Part shown: positions 1 to 10,582 of the stretch, piece by piece
Layout: each line of letters begins with the position of its first letter
How positions within the stretch are numbered: position 1 is the first letter of the stretch
Assembly (NCBI RefSeq): GCF_902713615.1
Contig: NC_052153.1
Coordinates: 142,677,772 to 142,741,771 of the forward strand
Origin: Scyliorhinus canicula
Lineage: Eukaryota
Direction of reading: 5' to 3'
DNA length: 64,000 nt
Position numbers and translations under genes: made by a program
The notes under the pieces: generated by a model
Seen by the model: only the letters and a program-made list of their open reading frames with translations
The model's database searches: none
Told to the model about the DNA's origin: nothing

Positions 1-12
1 AATTTAATTTTC

Positions 13-145
13 GGGCGGGATTCTCCATTGTGAATGCGCCTCGCTACCGCTGCCAGTGAGGACACAGAATTTGGCGCTTAGCTGAACCTCCATTCACTGC
101 AGCGGGAACGGAGAATGCCGCCAGCGTGAAGGAGCGGAGAATCAA
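13..145. mobile_element. Short Harbinger-type MITE (~130 bp)
   Basis: Starts GGGCGGGATTCTCC and ends near GGAGAATC, the same terminal inverted repeat (TIR) type as other MITEs in the window. Confidence 0.55.
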
Positions 146-159
146 AGTTGTACATTTCT

Positions 160-1160
160 GAATGGTATTCTACAGGTTCACAATTGTGAGGGGTGGGGAG
201 GGGAATTTTCCACCCCACTTTTGGGGAGCGCGAATGGGGAAGGGGGTGGAGAATCAAGCAGGGGACCCAAAACAGCTTTCCCACTGGTGGGATATCCCTG
301 CTCGATTGTCTACATCCCCGCTAATGACGTAAAGTTCAAAGTTGGGTTCCCATTTACAACTAATTTACAATGCAGATCATGCATTTATGTCTGATTGCTT
401 CCTCATGTTGGACTGTCCATTCATGTTGGCATGACAGGTACCCCACGATGTGCGTGCGGCAAACAGAACTCACCGGAGAGGTACAAGTGAGTACAGCCCC
501 CAGGGGGAGAGGGTAGTCCCGGGGTAGTACCATGTGGTGGCAGTGCGTTTTCCGTGTCCAGGGTGGGTAGGGGTGCTCTTTTTCTGTATTTATATTTATA
601 TTTTTTGTTACATCGGGCTGCCCTTTAAAAACATTGCCTCGATCTTTTGAGAGCCCAAATTGCTGGCACGGGTGGGTTTATTCTGAGCCCAGCCCATCAG
701 CTTTATGTCATTGGACCCGCCACCTCCTTTTATTTTAACTAAGTATCAAAAATTCTGATGGGAACAGCCGGCAGTGCAAACGATAGGCTACACCTCGCTT
801 TTCCTGCCCAGGTTGACACTCAGCCAAAAAAAATCAGAAAGTTTTGCCCGAGGGGATTGTTGAAATTCCACAGGGGAAAACTGTTCTCAATGGCAAACAG
901 GTTTGAGAACCAGATGACTCCTATCTATGGTGAATGGTAAAAGAAGGCAACATGAGGGAAAACATATTTGCACAGGAATGTGGATTGTACTGCCTGAGGA
1001 GTGTGGTCGAAGCAATTTTAATCATGGCTTTCAAAAAGGTATTGGATAATTATCTGAAGAGAAAGAACAGGACAACAGGTGAAAGGCAGAAGAGTAGGAC
1101 CAGCTGAGTTGCTCTTTCCGAAATTCAGCATGGCCACGACTGGCTGAATGGTCTCTGTGG
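160..1160 (+). mobile_element. Old CR1 LINE 3' fragment interrupted by a MITE (~191-849)
   Basis: 850-1160 resembles degraded CR1 ORF2 end and 3'UTR (gctttcaaaaaggtattggataattatctg ... ggctgaatggtctctgtg). Confidence 0.55.
191..849. mobile_element. Degraded Harbinger-type non-autonomous element
   Basis: gggaattttcc near the left end, gaaagttttgccc at the right end, flanked by GAG. Confidence 0.45.
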
Positions 1161-1588
1161 TTAAAAGGAGATGTGTATTAGTTTTCCTATATTTAATTGG
1201 AATACATTGGTTTTGGCAACCAGGGTCCTCAGCAGTTGAGAAGTTTGGGGAGCCAGGAGGGGAACTCAGTCAGGAGTCAGTGAGGGTGAGAGTTGGGAGT
1301 TCAAGGAAAATTAATGGGATTGGAGGCTGGAGTTGAAATAGAGGGAGACTGTGAAGGGGGTGATTTGGATTTAAGTGAGCCCAGGAGATACAGAGAAAGA
1401 AACTGAGGAATGTGTGAATTGAGGCTTGGCAGATGTGGGGAACAGAGAGGGATCGTGGGGAATGGTTTGGATGAACTGTGCAGAGCTTGGAGCAGTAGCA
1501 ACATGGTGAGTTTGGAAAAGCACAATGAATGGAGAACACAGTAAAACCTGAGGACTGATCGGACCTCGTACAGTGCAAAAGAGCCAAT

Positions 1589-2375
1589 GGACACGATATA
1601 ATTAAATGAAAGCGTAGTTCAACAGCAAGCACGCTTAGCCATATGCTTCCCGGTACTCATAGCGCTGAGAAACATAGGTTATAAAACACAACTCGTGTTT
1701 GATAACAGGCCTCAATGAGGAACGCAGGCCAAGGCTGCACATAGCCCCGTTTTGTACACTGAGAAGCTCTGCTCGCCAGAACTCCTCGTGTAGCTGGGAG
1801 TAAAAATGGTGCCCTGATCGCCAAGGCCCCCAAAGCGACCCCCCACCACCCCCCCCCCCCCCCCAAGCTCCAACACACTATAGGTAGGTCCCCAGTCGCC
1901 CCCCATTACCCCCCAACACCCATGCAGGGAACCCCTGGCCCAATACACCTGCTCAAAAAATGCCAGCTTGGCACCTTGGCAGTGCCAACTACACCTTGTA
2001 TAGTGCAAGAGGTTCTATGGACGTGATATAACTAAATGGGAACAAAGTCCTGCCCAAAGGGCATGTACCTCTTGGCCTCCGTTCCCCTGGGAGACCCCCA
2101 TGAGTGCCGTTCCGTCTGGCCCCCGTTTTTGGAGACCAGTACTGAATGGCATCTGCCAAGGTCTCTAAGGCGAGGGAGATTGGTCAGGGTTCTGCACTTT
2201 AAAGTGAGACTAGCTATCTCACTTTAATATACAGATTTGCTAAAAAGTGATCCTGTCTACAATGGGCGGGATTTGCACGCAAAGTCTCGCGAGATCGGGG
2301 TCTTTCGACTTCTATCGGCCATGCTGCGCCATGCCGAGCTGCTTTTCGGGCACAGTGAGACCATTAAATCTGGCC
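1589..2375. mobile_element. Harbinger-type non-autonomous element (GGGCGCGATTTAA TIR class)
   Basis: Ends ggacacgatataatt / ccattaaatctggcc; 3-bp target-site duplication (TSD) AAT at 1586-88 and 2376-78; same family as 15325-16552 in opposite orientation. Confidence 0.7.
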
Positions 2376-2384
2376 AATTTGTTG

Positions 2385-2690
2385 TCCATCCCTAATTGCC
2401 CTTGAATAAAGTGGCTTGTCACACCATTTCAGAGAGCAGTTAAGACCCACTATTTCTTTGGGCCTTCTGGAGTAGGCCTAACCAAGTAAATTTCATTTCT
2501 TAAAGGACATTAGTTTATAATAATTGACAATGGTTTCATGGTCATTATTACTGAAACTAGCTTTTCAATTCCAAATTGTGAATTGAAGTTCCACCAGCTG
2601 CCAAGGTGGGATTTTCCTTGCTCCCAGAATATTAGCTTGGGCCTGGTATTATTAGGCCAGTCCAGTCACATTGCCATTATGCCACCATGT
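2385..2690 (-). mobile_element. Old tRNA-derived SINE (SacSINE1/DeuSINE-like head)
   Basis: Minus strand starts ggtggcataatggcaatgtgactggac (tRNA-like head); a similar fragment lies at ~47885-47955. Confidence 0.45.
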
Positions 2691-4884
2691 CCCCTAAACA
2701 TAAAAATACCTATCAGTCAGTTAAAACAGCAGCTTAAGCTTTGGCAATAAAATAGGTCAAAACATCTATTTACAGCAATTTGTTTTTCTTTAAGTTGAAT
2801 TTGGTTGAATTTTTTTAATGCTTTGAAAATATAGTTGCAAAATCAGATTTTAAGTAATGCAAATTTCATTGTGACATGGATTTATGTCTAATATTAAAAA
2901 TAATGGACATTTTAATTGTTGTGGCACAGGAAATGGTTAATGATGTTCAATTATATGAAGGCGCAATAAAAGTACAAAGAAATTATGCACAGTGAATTGA
3001 AACTAGACTGGTTATTTCACAGGTGGCAGACTTTCTGATAATATTGTACCTTTCCGTTCAATCTACAGTACATAATCATGTTCCGAAATTGTCTTGTTGT
3101 AGCCCCTGGCTGAGACAAAGAAAAGTACCCTAGTGTTACTAACATCACAGTCCAGAGCAATTTCTCGCCCCTGCCTCGACAAACATTCTCTGTCAATATC
3201 ACACTACACTGCTTCACTTGTGATACTTTAAAGTCTGAATGCACGGTTCACATTTCTGAAAAGGAAAACACATTAAATATTAATAAAGTACTTCAGATGG
3301 AAATTATACAAACCATTTCTTCCTTTAGGAAGAAAGATGCTCTCAATGCACTAGATGTAGCAAAACCACAAGCGCATTAATAAAGTGGAGGTGTAGAATT
3401 ACACTCATTCTAGCATAGAAAGAAAATCCGCCTCCTGGGTGAAACATTAGCTTTCATTAGAGAAATTATTGAAAGCCCATCCACTGTGAAGAGTAGCGAC
3501 AATTGCTTACTCAAAACTGGTCTCGAGAGCATCAAAAAGAGGTGCTGAACCTAATCATTGATAATGAAATTCAATTACTTGCCTGTCCACTACTCCATAG
3601 TTACAATCAAAATGAGCAATAGTCAGAGCTGAATTTTGCAGCTTGTCCCATAATTTGTCATTGTATTATAAATGATTACGTCAGCAATAATTGGTTAAAA
3701 AGAATGAAAAAGGTTACGTTACGTTGGAACAATGTGATGCGGGTCATTTCCAATGTCACAGCGAAAGCAGCAAATTAAACATAATTGATGGACACGGTAT
3801 GCACAAGAATTGCATAAAAATTAGCTGAACAGAAATCTCTCATTGTACAATACTTTTAAATGCATTGATCTCCATTTGGCTACATGTTTCACTCCAGTGC
3901 AGTAACTTCAAAAATCTTAATTTAAGACCAATGGATTAACACTTCCAAACAACAATTTAAACTCAGCTTATTCTTCATATCGGCTCAATTAACCTTAAAG
4001 GCCTTCAGAACAAAGCCAGTGTGATGCACATCAAGAGAATTGGAAAATACCAAATGTCTGTCAAGATATTGACATTCATCAGCATGTCTGTGGCAGTGCT
4101 CAGAGGTAAAATGAGCTAGTCCTGTGTGGACAGGCTTAGTAGGAAACTCAGCTTTGAGCATTAAAATGCAGAAGCCATTACTGCAAGCGGTGATACAGGA
4201 CAGCTTTCAACACATTGTCTCAGTGTGGTTAGACATTAATTGACATCAGGGTATTGCACATTTACAGCAAGAAAAAAGGACTAGACTGGTCAGTTAGCGT
4301 CAGCACATTCACTTTGCGAAAAGACAATCTGGACGTGATTCTCCGGCCTCGTTGCGCTCTCGCTCAAGTGAACAGCGCGGGCGGCTAAAAACGAGATCTG
4401 CGTCGAGCGCCAAACAGTTTGCGATGCAACCAGCCCGCTCCTGTAGGCGAAATTGGGATCTCGCCGTAGCAAGAAACTAATTATCACCACTTAAGCCCCA
4501 TTTCAAGACAATGAACGAGAGCGACCCCATATCCAATGGCCTTCTGTCATTCATTCATTTCCCCAGCAAGTGTTCACGCTGGTGTCGATTAGTACTCCTT
4601 TTGAAAAATGTGAACATGGCGGCTTCTTTGGGCAGCGGAGGAGGTGATTAGCCATCTTTGCTCAGAGGCAAATGGCCCGAGGGTGCCGGGATTGACACTC
4701 CAGTGCTCGGCGGGGGTGGGCTCCCTCTGCAGGGGTGTGCCGCCATGGAGGGTAGGGGGGAGGCGCTGGGGTGGGGGGGGGGGCAACCGGGGGACAATTG
4801 CTTGCGACACCACCGTACCAACCCCTCGATTCTGGGGAAAACCCTTTTCCCTGCCTCTCTGCTGCACCGATCACCCATAACCCC

Positions 4885-5286
4885 TGATGTGTTAGGCAGG
4901 TTGGTTTGACGTTGACTGCAACTGGATGCAGGGAAGCTAGAAACAAACGTCTGACACCGGAGATGATCCAACACAGTTTTATTTAACTATGAACTGCTGT
5001 ACATGTTCAGCTGTGGGTTGACACTTGACTAATCTACTGATGACCTCTTCCTGGCTCGACCAGATTTACTAGCTACCACATGGCAATAGTGCCCACTAAC
5101 GAGTGCACTCTGACTGTCTCAGTGTCTGGGTCCTGAGAGAGGGAGAGTCTAAATGCCCTGTGGGCTTTATAGTGATGGTGTCTTGTCTGGTGACTGGTTG
5201 TTCTGTGTTGTGTGTTCATTGGTCATCCTGTGTGTCAATCACTGCCTGTCTGCGTCTCATTATATACATGAGTGGATATTATGACA
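4885..5286 (-). mobile_element. Solo LTR (~400 bp)
   Basis: TG...CA ends; 5-bp TSD ACCCC; related to the LTRs at 13359 and 54775. Confidence 0.8.
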
Positions 5287-5406
5287 ACCCCCACCAATTG
5301 CTGAGCCCTCTGGCCATGAGGTTGAAGGCTATTTCTAATAGGGAATTCGCAATCGTGGTTAAGTGAGCACTTGGCACATGCCAAGTGGATTCCCGTGGGT
5401 GAGCGG

Positions 5407-5717
5407 TGTTATGTTCTCTTGCTTGACCGGACAAAATTAGTGCACTAGAGAACATCTAGTTCATGACTAGTGAAATGTTTGTTTATTGATTAATAATAAT
5501 GTGGGTCAGATAATAATATGAAAACTACTCAAACCACTAACTATTAAATTACTATAATAAAATTATTTAAGAGCTATTACAAATGTGACTATCCACTATG
5601 ACGACTATCTCCAGACTCACTGAGGTTACAGTCCCACATGGATGTTCTCTATTGCCACCTTCTGGCTGGAGGTCATATCTGTTAATATTTACATAATTGC
5701 TTATGCATATCATCACA
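5407..5717 (-). mobile_element. Solo LTR (~310 bp)
   Basis: TGTTATG...CATCACA ends; near-TSD AGCGG/GGCGG; flanks rejoin into Harbinger sequence seen near 52545. Confidence 0.7.
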
Positions 5718-7269
5718 GGCGGGCCATGCAGCATGTGGGAGTCATTGCCCAGCATCCCAATCACATGTTGATGCCTGGACACTGTGCTTGAACACTGCAG
5801 GAGACACCACGCACTCAACCTCCGAACACCCAAGGGATGGGACACAGTTCCGGGGACATGTTCGAAGCCGGGGGTGGGTGAGCGCCATTGGATGTGTGGG
5901 AGGAGGAGATGCCTGGAGAGATGGGAAATGTGTTCGGGGGTCAACCTGCATTGCAGAAGAAAGTGATAGCGGCATCATAATGGTTGTGTAAAAAGTTGTT
6001 AATGTGCTGTACAATACCCCACTCCTGAGCGTGCCAATCCCCAAGCCCTGAGCCCCAAACCCCAAACCCCAGCCCCCCCCCCCCCACTCCCTCTTCCCTA
6101 CCCCGGTGTCCTCAGTGATCCTCAACGTGCCTGACTCTCCTAGCTCTACCACTACGTATAGGTGTTTCTCCAGGGTGCACATCAGAGGTGGAGGCTGCCA
6201 GCTGCTTACCTCATCTGGTGGCCTTCAATGCCCCTGGTGGGCGTCCTCTGGAGGCCCTGAGGCCGGAGGGCTCTGGCTCACTTGTTGTCTGCATATGCAC
6301 AGATTTGCCGTCCTGTCCCGTGTGCTGACCTCGAGGCATGGGCACCGATGGTGGGCACTCATGGTGCTGACGTCGTGCACCAGGCTCTACACTGAGGTCG
6401 CCACCCTGGCAGTGTTGGCCTCAGTGTGATCTCCTGTGCCCGTAGCCTCTGGAACTCCTCCAAGCAGCTATAGATCTGCTGGAGCAATGCTGACATCTGC
6501 CTCTGAGTGTCCCGGCCACTCCCTATCGTCTACATCAGCTCCGGGTACCTCTGTACCACAGGGTCAGCATCAGGCTAGGACCCAGCTGGGTTCTGGGATC
6601 CAGCAGCCCTCTGACTGCTGTCTCGCCTGGGGGTTCCTGCCTCCACCTGATGTACATCAGCAGCAGTGAGGTGCTCACCGGAGTGTGCCCAGAAGTCTGA
6701 CCACTAACATTTCCCACTGAGGTGTGTGTATCTGGAGAGTGGGGTGACAGCTGTGCCACGACCGTGGTGGCATCCTCGGAGCTCTCTTCTGACGTGTTCA
6801 CCTTGGAGTCTGGAGAGGGGGCCACCCGGGATGAGCCGGCGCCATCAGCTGGAGGACCTGCAGGAGAATGGACATGTGGTCAGTGGGAGGGATAGCCATT
6901 CTGTAAGGCAATCACTACTCACATTTGACAGGTCCACCAGGTGGAGCCTCTGCAGTGTCGATCAGCCCACGCTATCCCAGACAACTCCAAGGCCCACTCC
7001 TTGAAGGAGGTGAGGATTTTACGTGTGGCACCCCTCCGCCGGTCTGGGCCCTCTCCTGCCGATTGTGGGATGGCTTTGCCTGCGCAGACACAGAGAGGGC
7101 ATCGTTAGCCGCATGCATTCGGTTCAGTGGTGGGAGAGGGGGTATAAAGGTGGGTTGGGGGAGGAGGGAGGGAAGTCTGGGGGTCACTTCAGGAATTAGG
7201 GGTTGGATGTTCCCTTTTGGGGGCGTGGGGGATTTTGGTGCCGACTCATTCGTATTGCCCGGTGTAGGT

Positions 7270-7435
7270 CATTGACCTTCTTCCTGCACTGCTGACCAGT
7301 CCTTTTGGTCATACTGTTCGAACTAATGGCTGCCGTCACCTCATTCCAGGCAGCACTGGCTGCCTTGTGGCTCACCCTCCTGGACCCCAGGGGGACAGGA
7401 CGTCCCTCCTGGGGCTGGTTGCCTCAAAGCCATTG
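7270..7435 (-). pseudogene. Harbinger Myb/SANT-like DNA-binding protein, N-terminal remnant
   Basis: Minus-strand translation SRRVSHKAASAAWNEVTAAISSNSMTKRTGQQCRKKVND fits the W..V......RT..QC.KK..D Myb/SANT-like motif. Confidence 0.75.
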
Positions 7436-7590
7436 TTGGGAGCTGGCTGGGGTTGGCTGAACAAGTGCAGTTTAAGTGCTGCTGGACCTTCTTAGCCTGG
7501 GGGTTGGCGAGCGTGGTCCCGGCAAATCAGCTGGCGAGACATTCTTTGTGGTGAGAAGCCCAGGAGGCCTCGTTAAGTGGACCAATTAAT

Positions 7591-8262
7591 AATGAACAAA
7601 GAACAAAGAAAAGTACAGCACAGGAACAGGCCCTTCAGCCCTCCAAGCCTGTGCCGACCATGCTGCCCGTCTAAATTAAAATCTTCTACACGTCCAGGGT
7701 CCGTATCCCTGTATTCCCGTCCTATTCATGTATTTGTCAAGATGCCCTTTAAATGTCACTAACGTCCCTGCTTCCACCATCTCCTCCGGCAGCGGGTTCC
7801 AGGTACCCACCACCCTCTGTGTAAAAAACTTGCCTCATCCATCTCCTCTAAACCTTGCCCCTCGCATCTTAAACCTATGCCCACCAGCAATTGACCCTTC
7901 TACCCTGGGAAAAAGTCTCTGACTATCCACTCTGTCTTTGCCCCTCATAATTTTGTAGACGTCTATTAGGTCGCCCCTCATCCTTCTTCGTTCCAGTGAG
8001 AACAAAACAAGTTTATTCAACCTCTCTTCATAGCTAATGCCCTCCATACCAGGCAACATCCTGGTAAATCTCTTGTGCACCCTCTTCAAAGCCTCCACAT
8101 CCTTCTGGTAGTGTGGCGACCAGAATTGGATACTATACTCCAAGTATGGCATAAATAAGATTCTATACAGCTGCAACATGACTTGCCAATTTTTATACGC
8201 AATGCCCCGGCCAATGAAGGCAAACATTCCGTATGCCTTCTTGACTACCTGCTCCACCTGTG
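7591..8262 (-). mobile_element. 5'-truncated CR1 (HER1-like) LINE
   Basis: ORF 7835-8257 is a CR1 ORF2 C-terminus (LEYSIQFWSPHYQKDVEAL...RGDLIDVYKIM); (TTCTTTG)n tail. Confidence 0.92.
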
Positions 8263-9220
8263 GTGCCCCTCTCAGTAACTAATGTTGAATTGCATTGCAG
8301 GTTTTACTGGGTCGAGCATCGGGAAGCTCGTGGTAATTCCCGCTCGCTACCACACTTCAGAATATTTCCGGTGAATCGTGCCCTCCATCTTCACTGCAAT
8401 ACTTGCAGCCCCAATTTTAATCCCAGCCACAAAAATTCCAATTTTAACACGCGCCACCCATCTTCAATAGTGTGGTAAAGAGGTTAATCTGGTCGCAGTC
8501 CACATTTGCTGCATTCCCTTATCATTTCTGTCACCCTTCACCAGACCCTGTCCGCACCCTTCAGGAACGTGAAGGCTGTCCATCACAGGCACCCAGGGAC
8601 CACTGAATTGTTAAATATTAAGCATCTGGTGATATAATTTTGAACTCGGCATCAGTCAGCTAGTGAGATGCACAAATCATGCAAAGTGTCACCAAGCCAC
8701 CAACGCAAACATCTGGGTAAGTATAAAATTCTAATTTTTTGAAAGATTCCTTGTGGTTTTGGAGGAAAGCATTGGGCTAAAAGGAAACCTTAAGCCTCCT
8801 CTGTCCCAGAGACCAGAAACAACTTCTTTTCTGTCTTGAGTGTCCCACTTGGATTCCTGCTGTTGTCTTGTTCTCGGCATTATTCCTGCATGCTACCACT
8901 CACCAGTTATGATAGTGTTTATATTCCGTGATGAGTCATGGTGCATAGGAGGCACAGTGCTGATAGAAACGCGAAGCATTAAATATTACTGTAACAGCCT
9001 TTGAAAGCGGCCAGCAATGCAGAATGGTGAAACACCATTCATATATGTTAATGGTTAAAATAGATTGGCTGTAGGAAGAATTTTTAATTGCCTGTTAACG
9101 TGCTCTAATTCTTGCAGAATAACTGTATTTCTTGATCTTCCTGTTTCTGGAAAATTTTTAGTGCGTATCGTTTGAGGCCTGTTCTGCTACAGTGCCATGT
9201 TTTGCTGAGTAGACACATAA

Positions 9221-9579
9221 GGCAGCACGGTAGCATGGGGGCAGCACGGTAGCATGGTGGTTAGCATAAATGCTTCACGGCTCCAGGGTCCCAGGTTCGA
9301 TTCCCGGCTGGGTCACTGTCTGTGCGGAGTCTGCACGTCCTCCCCGTGTGTGCGTGGGTTTCCTCCGGGTGCTCCGGTTTCCTCCCACAGTCCAAAGATG
9401 TGCGGGTTAGGTGGATTGGCCATGCTAAATTGCCCGTAGTGTAAAAGGTAAGGTTAAGGGGGGGGGTTTGGGATACGGGTATAGGGTGGATACGTGGGTT
9501 TGAGTAGGGTGATCATTGCTCGGCACAACATTGAGGGCCGAAGGGCCTGTTCTGTGCTGTACTGTTCTATGTTCTATGT
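9221..9579 (+). mobile_element. HE1-type V-SINE, full length, CR1-derived tail
   Basis: tRNA head with A/B boxes (GGTTCGATTCC), V-domain core, tail gggccgaagggcctgttctgtgctg(TTCTATG)n. Confidence 0.9.
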
Positions 9580-10110
9580 TAAAATGGCACCAGAGCCCTT
9601 CATTGAGTTTTGAATGCGTAGATGAAGCAGGGTCCAGCCTGGTCTTAGCTGCCCATGAAAGGCTCCAATGAAAATGTCGGCAAAACATGTATCCCCTTCA
9701 ATTTAAGGCTGAACTACCTCCAAATCTGACAGGCGCCAGAAGTTAAAATATCCCCAAGAATCTTCCATTTTCCAGCTTGCTCAATCAAAAGTGAGAACTG
9801 ACTGTTGTCAGATTGGTAGCAGAACAGTTAGAACGGCCATATATTTGAAAGTTACAAATGATCAGGCTAATGCCTGTATCAGAACAGTGGACATATAAAT
9901 GCCATACATAGATGTTAAGCCTGCGTTCCAAACTTTTTTCCAGTAAGACCAGCATGTTTAAGACTTTGTGTGACCACACTGTGAAACTTTGGCACTTTGG
10001 GAGCCGTTGAGCAGAGTCTTCATTTAAAAGTAAGTATATTCAAACATGCGTTGGATTCTTGGTTTCTGTGCATTTAGCGTTCCACAAATGCTGGACTTCC
10101 AACAAGGCAG

Positions 10111-10288
10111 GACATTGGTTTAGCACAGTGGGCTAAATAGCTGGCTTGCAATGCAGAACAATGCCAGCAGCGCGGGTTCAATTCCCATACCGGCCTCCCT
10201 GAACAGGCGTTGGAATGTGGCAACGAGGGGCTTTTCACAGCAACTTTATTCAAGCCTACTTTTGACAATAAGCTATTATTATTATTAA
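10111..10288 (+). mobile_element. Short tRNA-derived SINE with 'tail B'
   Basis: A box tagcacagtgg, B box ggttcaattcc; tail ...cttttcacag...aagcctacttttgacaataa(TTA)n; related copies at 23505 and 63860. Confidence 0.75.
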
Positions 10289-10302
10289 ATATAACTCGCA
10301 TA

Positions 10303-10582
10303 AGACACAGTGGTTCACACAGTTGCTTCACAGCGCCAGGGTCCCATGTTTGATTTCCGGCTTGGGTCACTGCCTGTGCAGACTCTGCATGTTCCTGCGG
10401 GCACCCCGGTCTCCTCCCACAAGTTCCAAAAGATGTGCTGCTAGGTAATTTGGACATTCTGAATTCTCCTTCTGTGTACCCGAACAGGTGCCAGAGTGTA
10501 GCGACTTGGGGATTTTCCCTGTAACTTCACTGCAGTGTTAATGTAAGCCTACTTGTGACAATAAAGATTATTATTATTATTA
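10303..10582 (+). mobile_element. V-SINE variant with 'tail B'
   Basis: HE1-like head and V-core followed by ...gtaacttcactgcagtgttaatgtaagcctacttgtgacaataaaga(TTA)n. Confidence 0.8.

Larger units (their letters stand above)
4331..8383. mobile_element. Internally deleted Harbinger transposon with Myb/SANT gene remnant; contains two solo LTRs and a CR1 fragment
   Basis: TIRs ggacgtgattctccgg / ccggtgaatcgtgccc; near-TSD TCT/TCC; subterminal regions match the transposase-bearing copy at 52003-54645. Confidence 0.75.

Noticed and set aside
1200-1585. L2-like LINE endonuclease fragment on the minus strand
   Set aside because: Only a compositional resemblance; too degraded to support.
3127-3256. 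Minus-strand coding exon after a strong acceptor-like tract (gttttccttttcag)
   Set aside because: All three frames hit a stop soon after the acceptor and no protein is recognisable; a terminal or non-coding exon is not excluded.
9221-9310. tRNA genes at A/B-box sequences
   Set aside because: All are SINE heads continuing into V-core or tail sequence.
8405-9756. Old non-autonomous DNA transposon around the HE1 copy
   Set aside because: Putative termini (gccccaattttaa / ttaaaatatcccc) are too weak and no TSD is evident.
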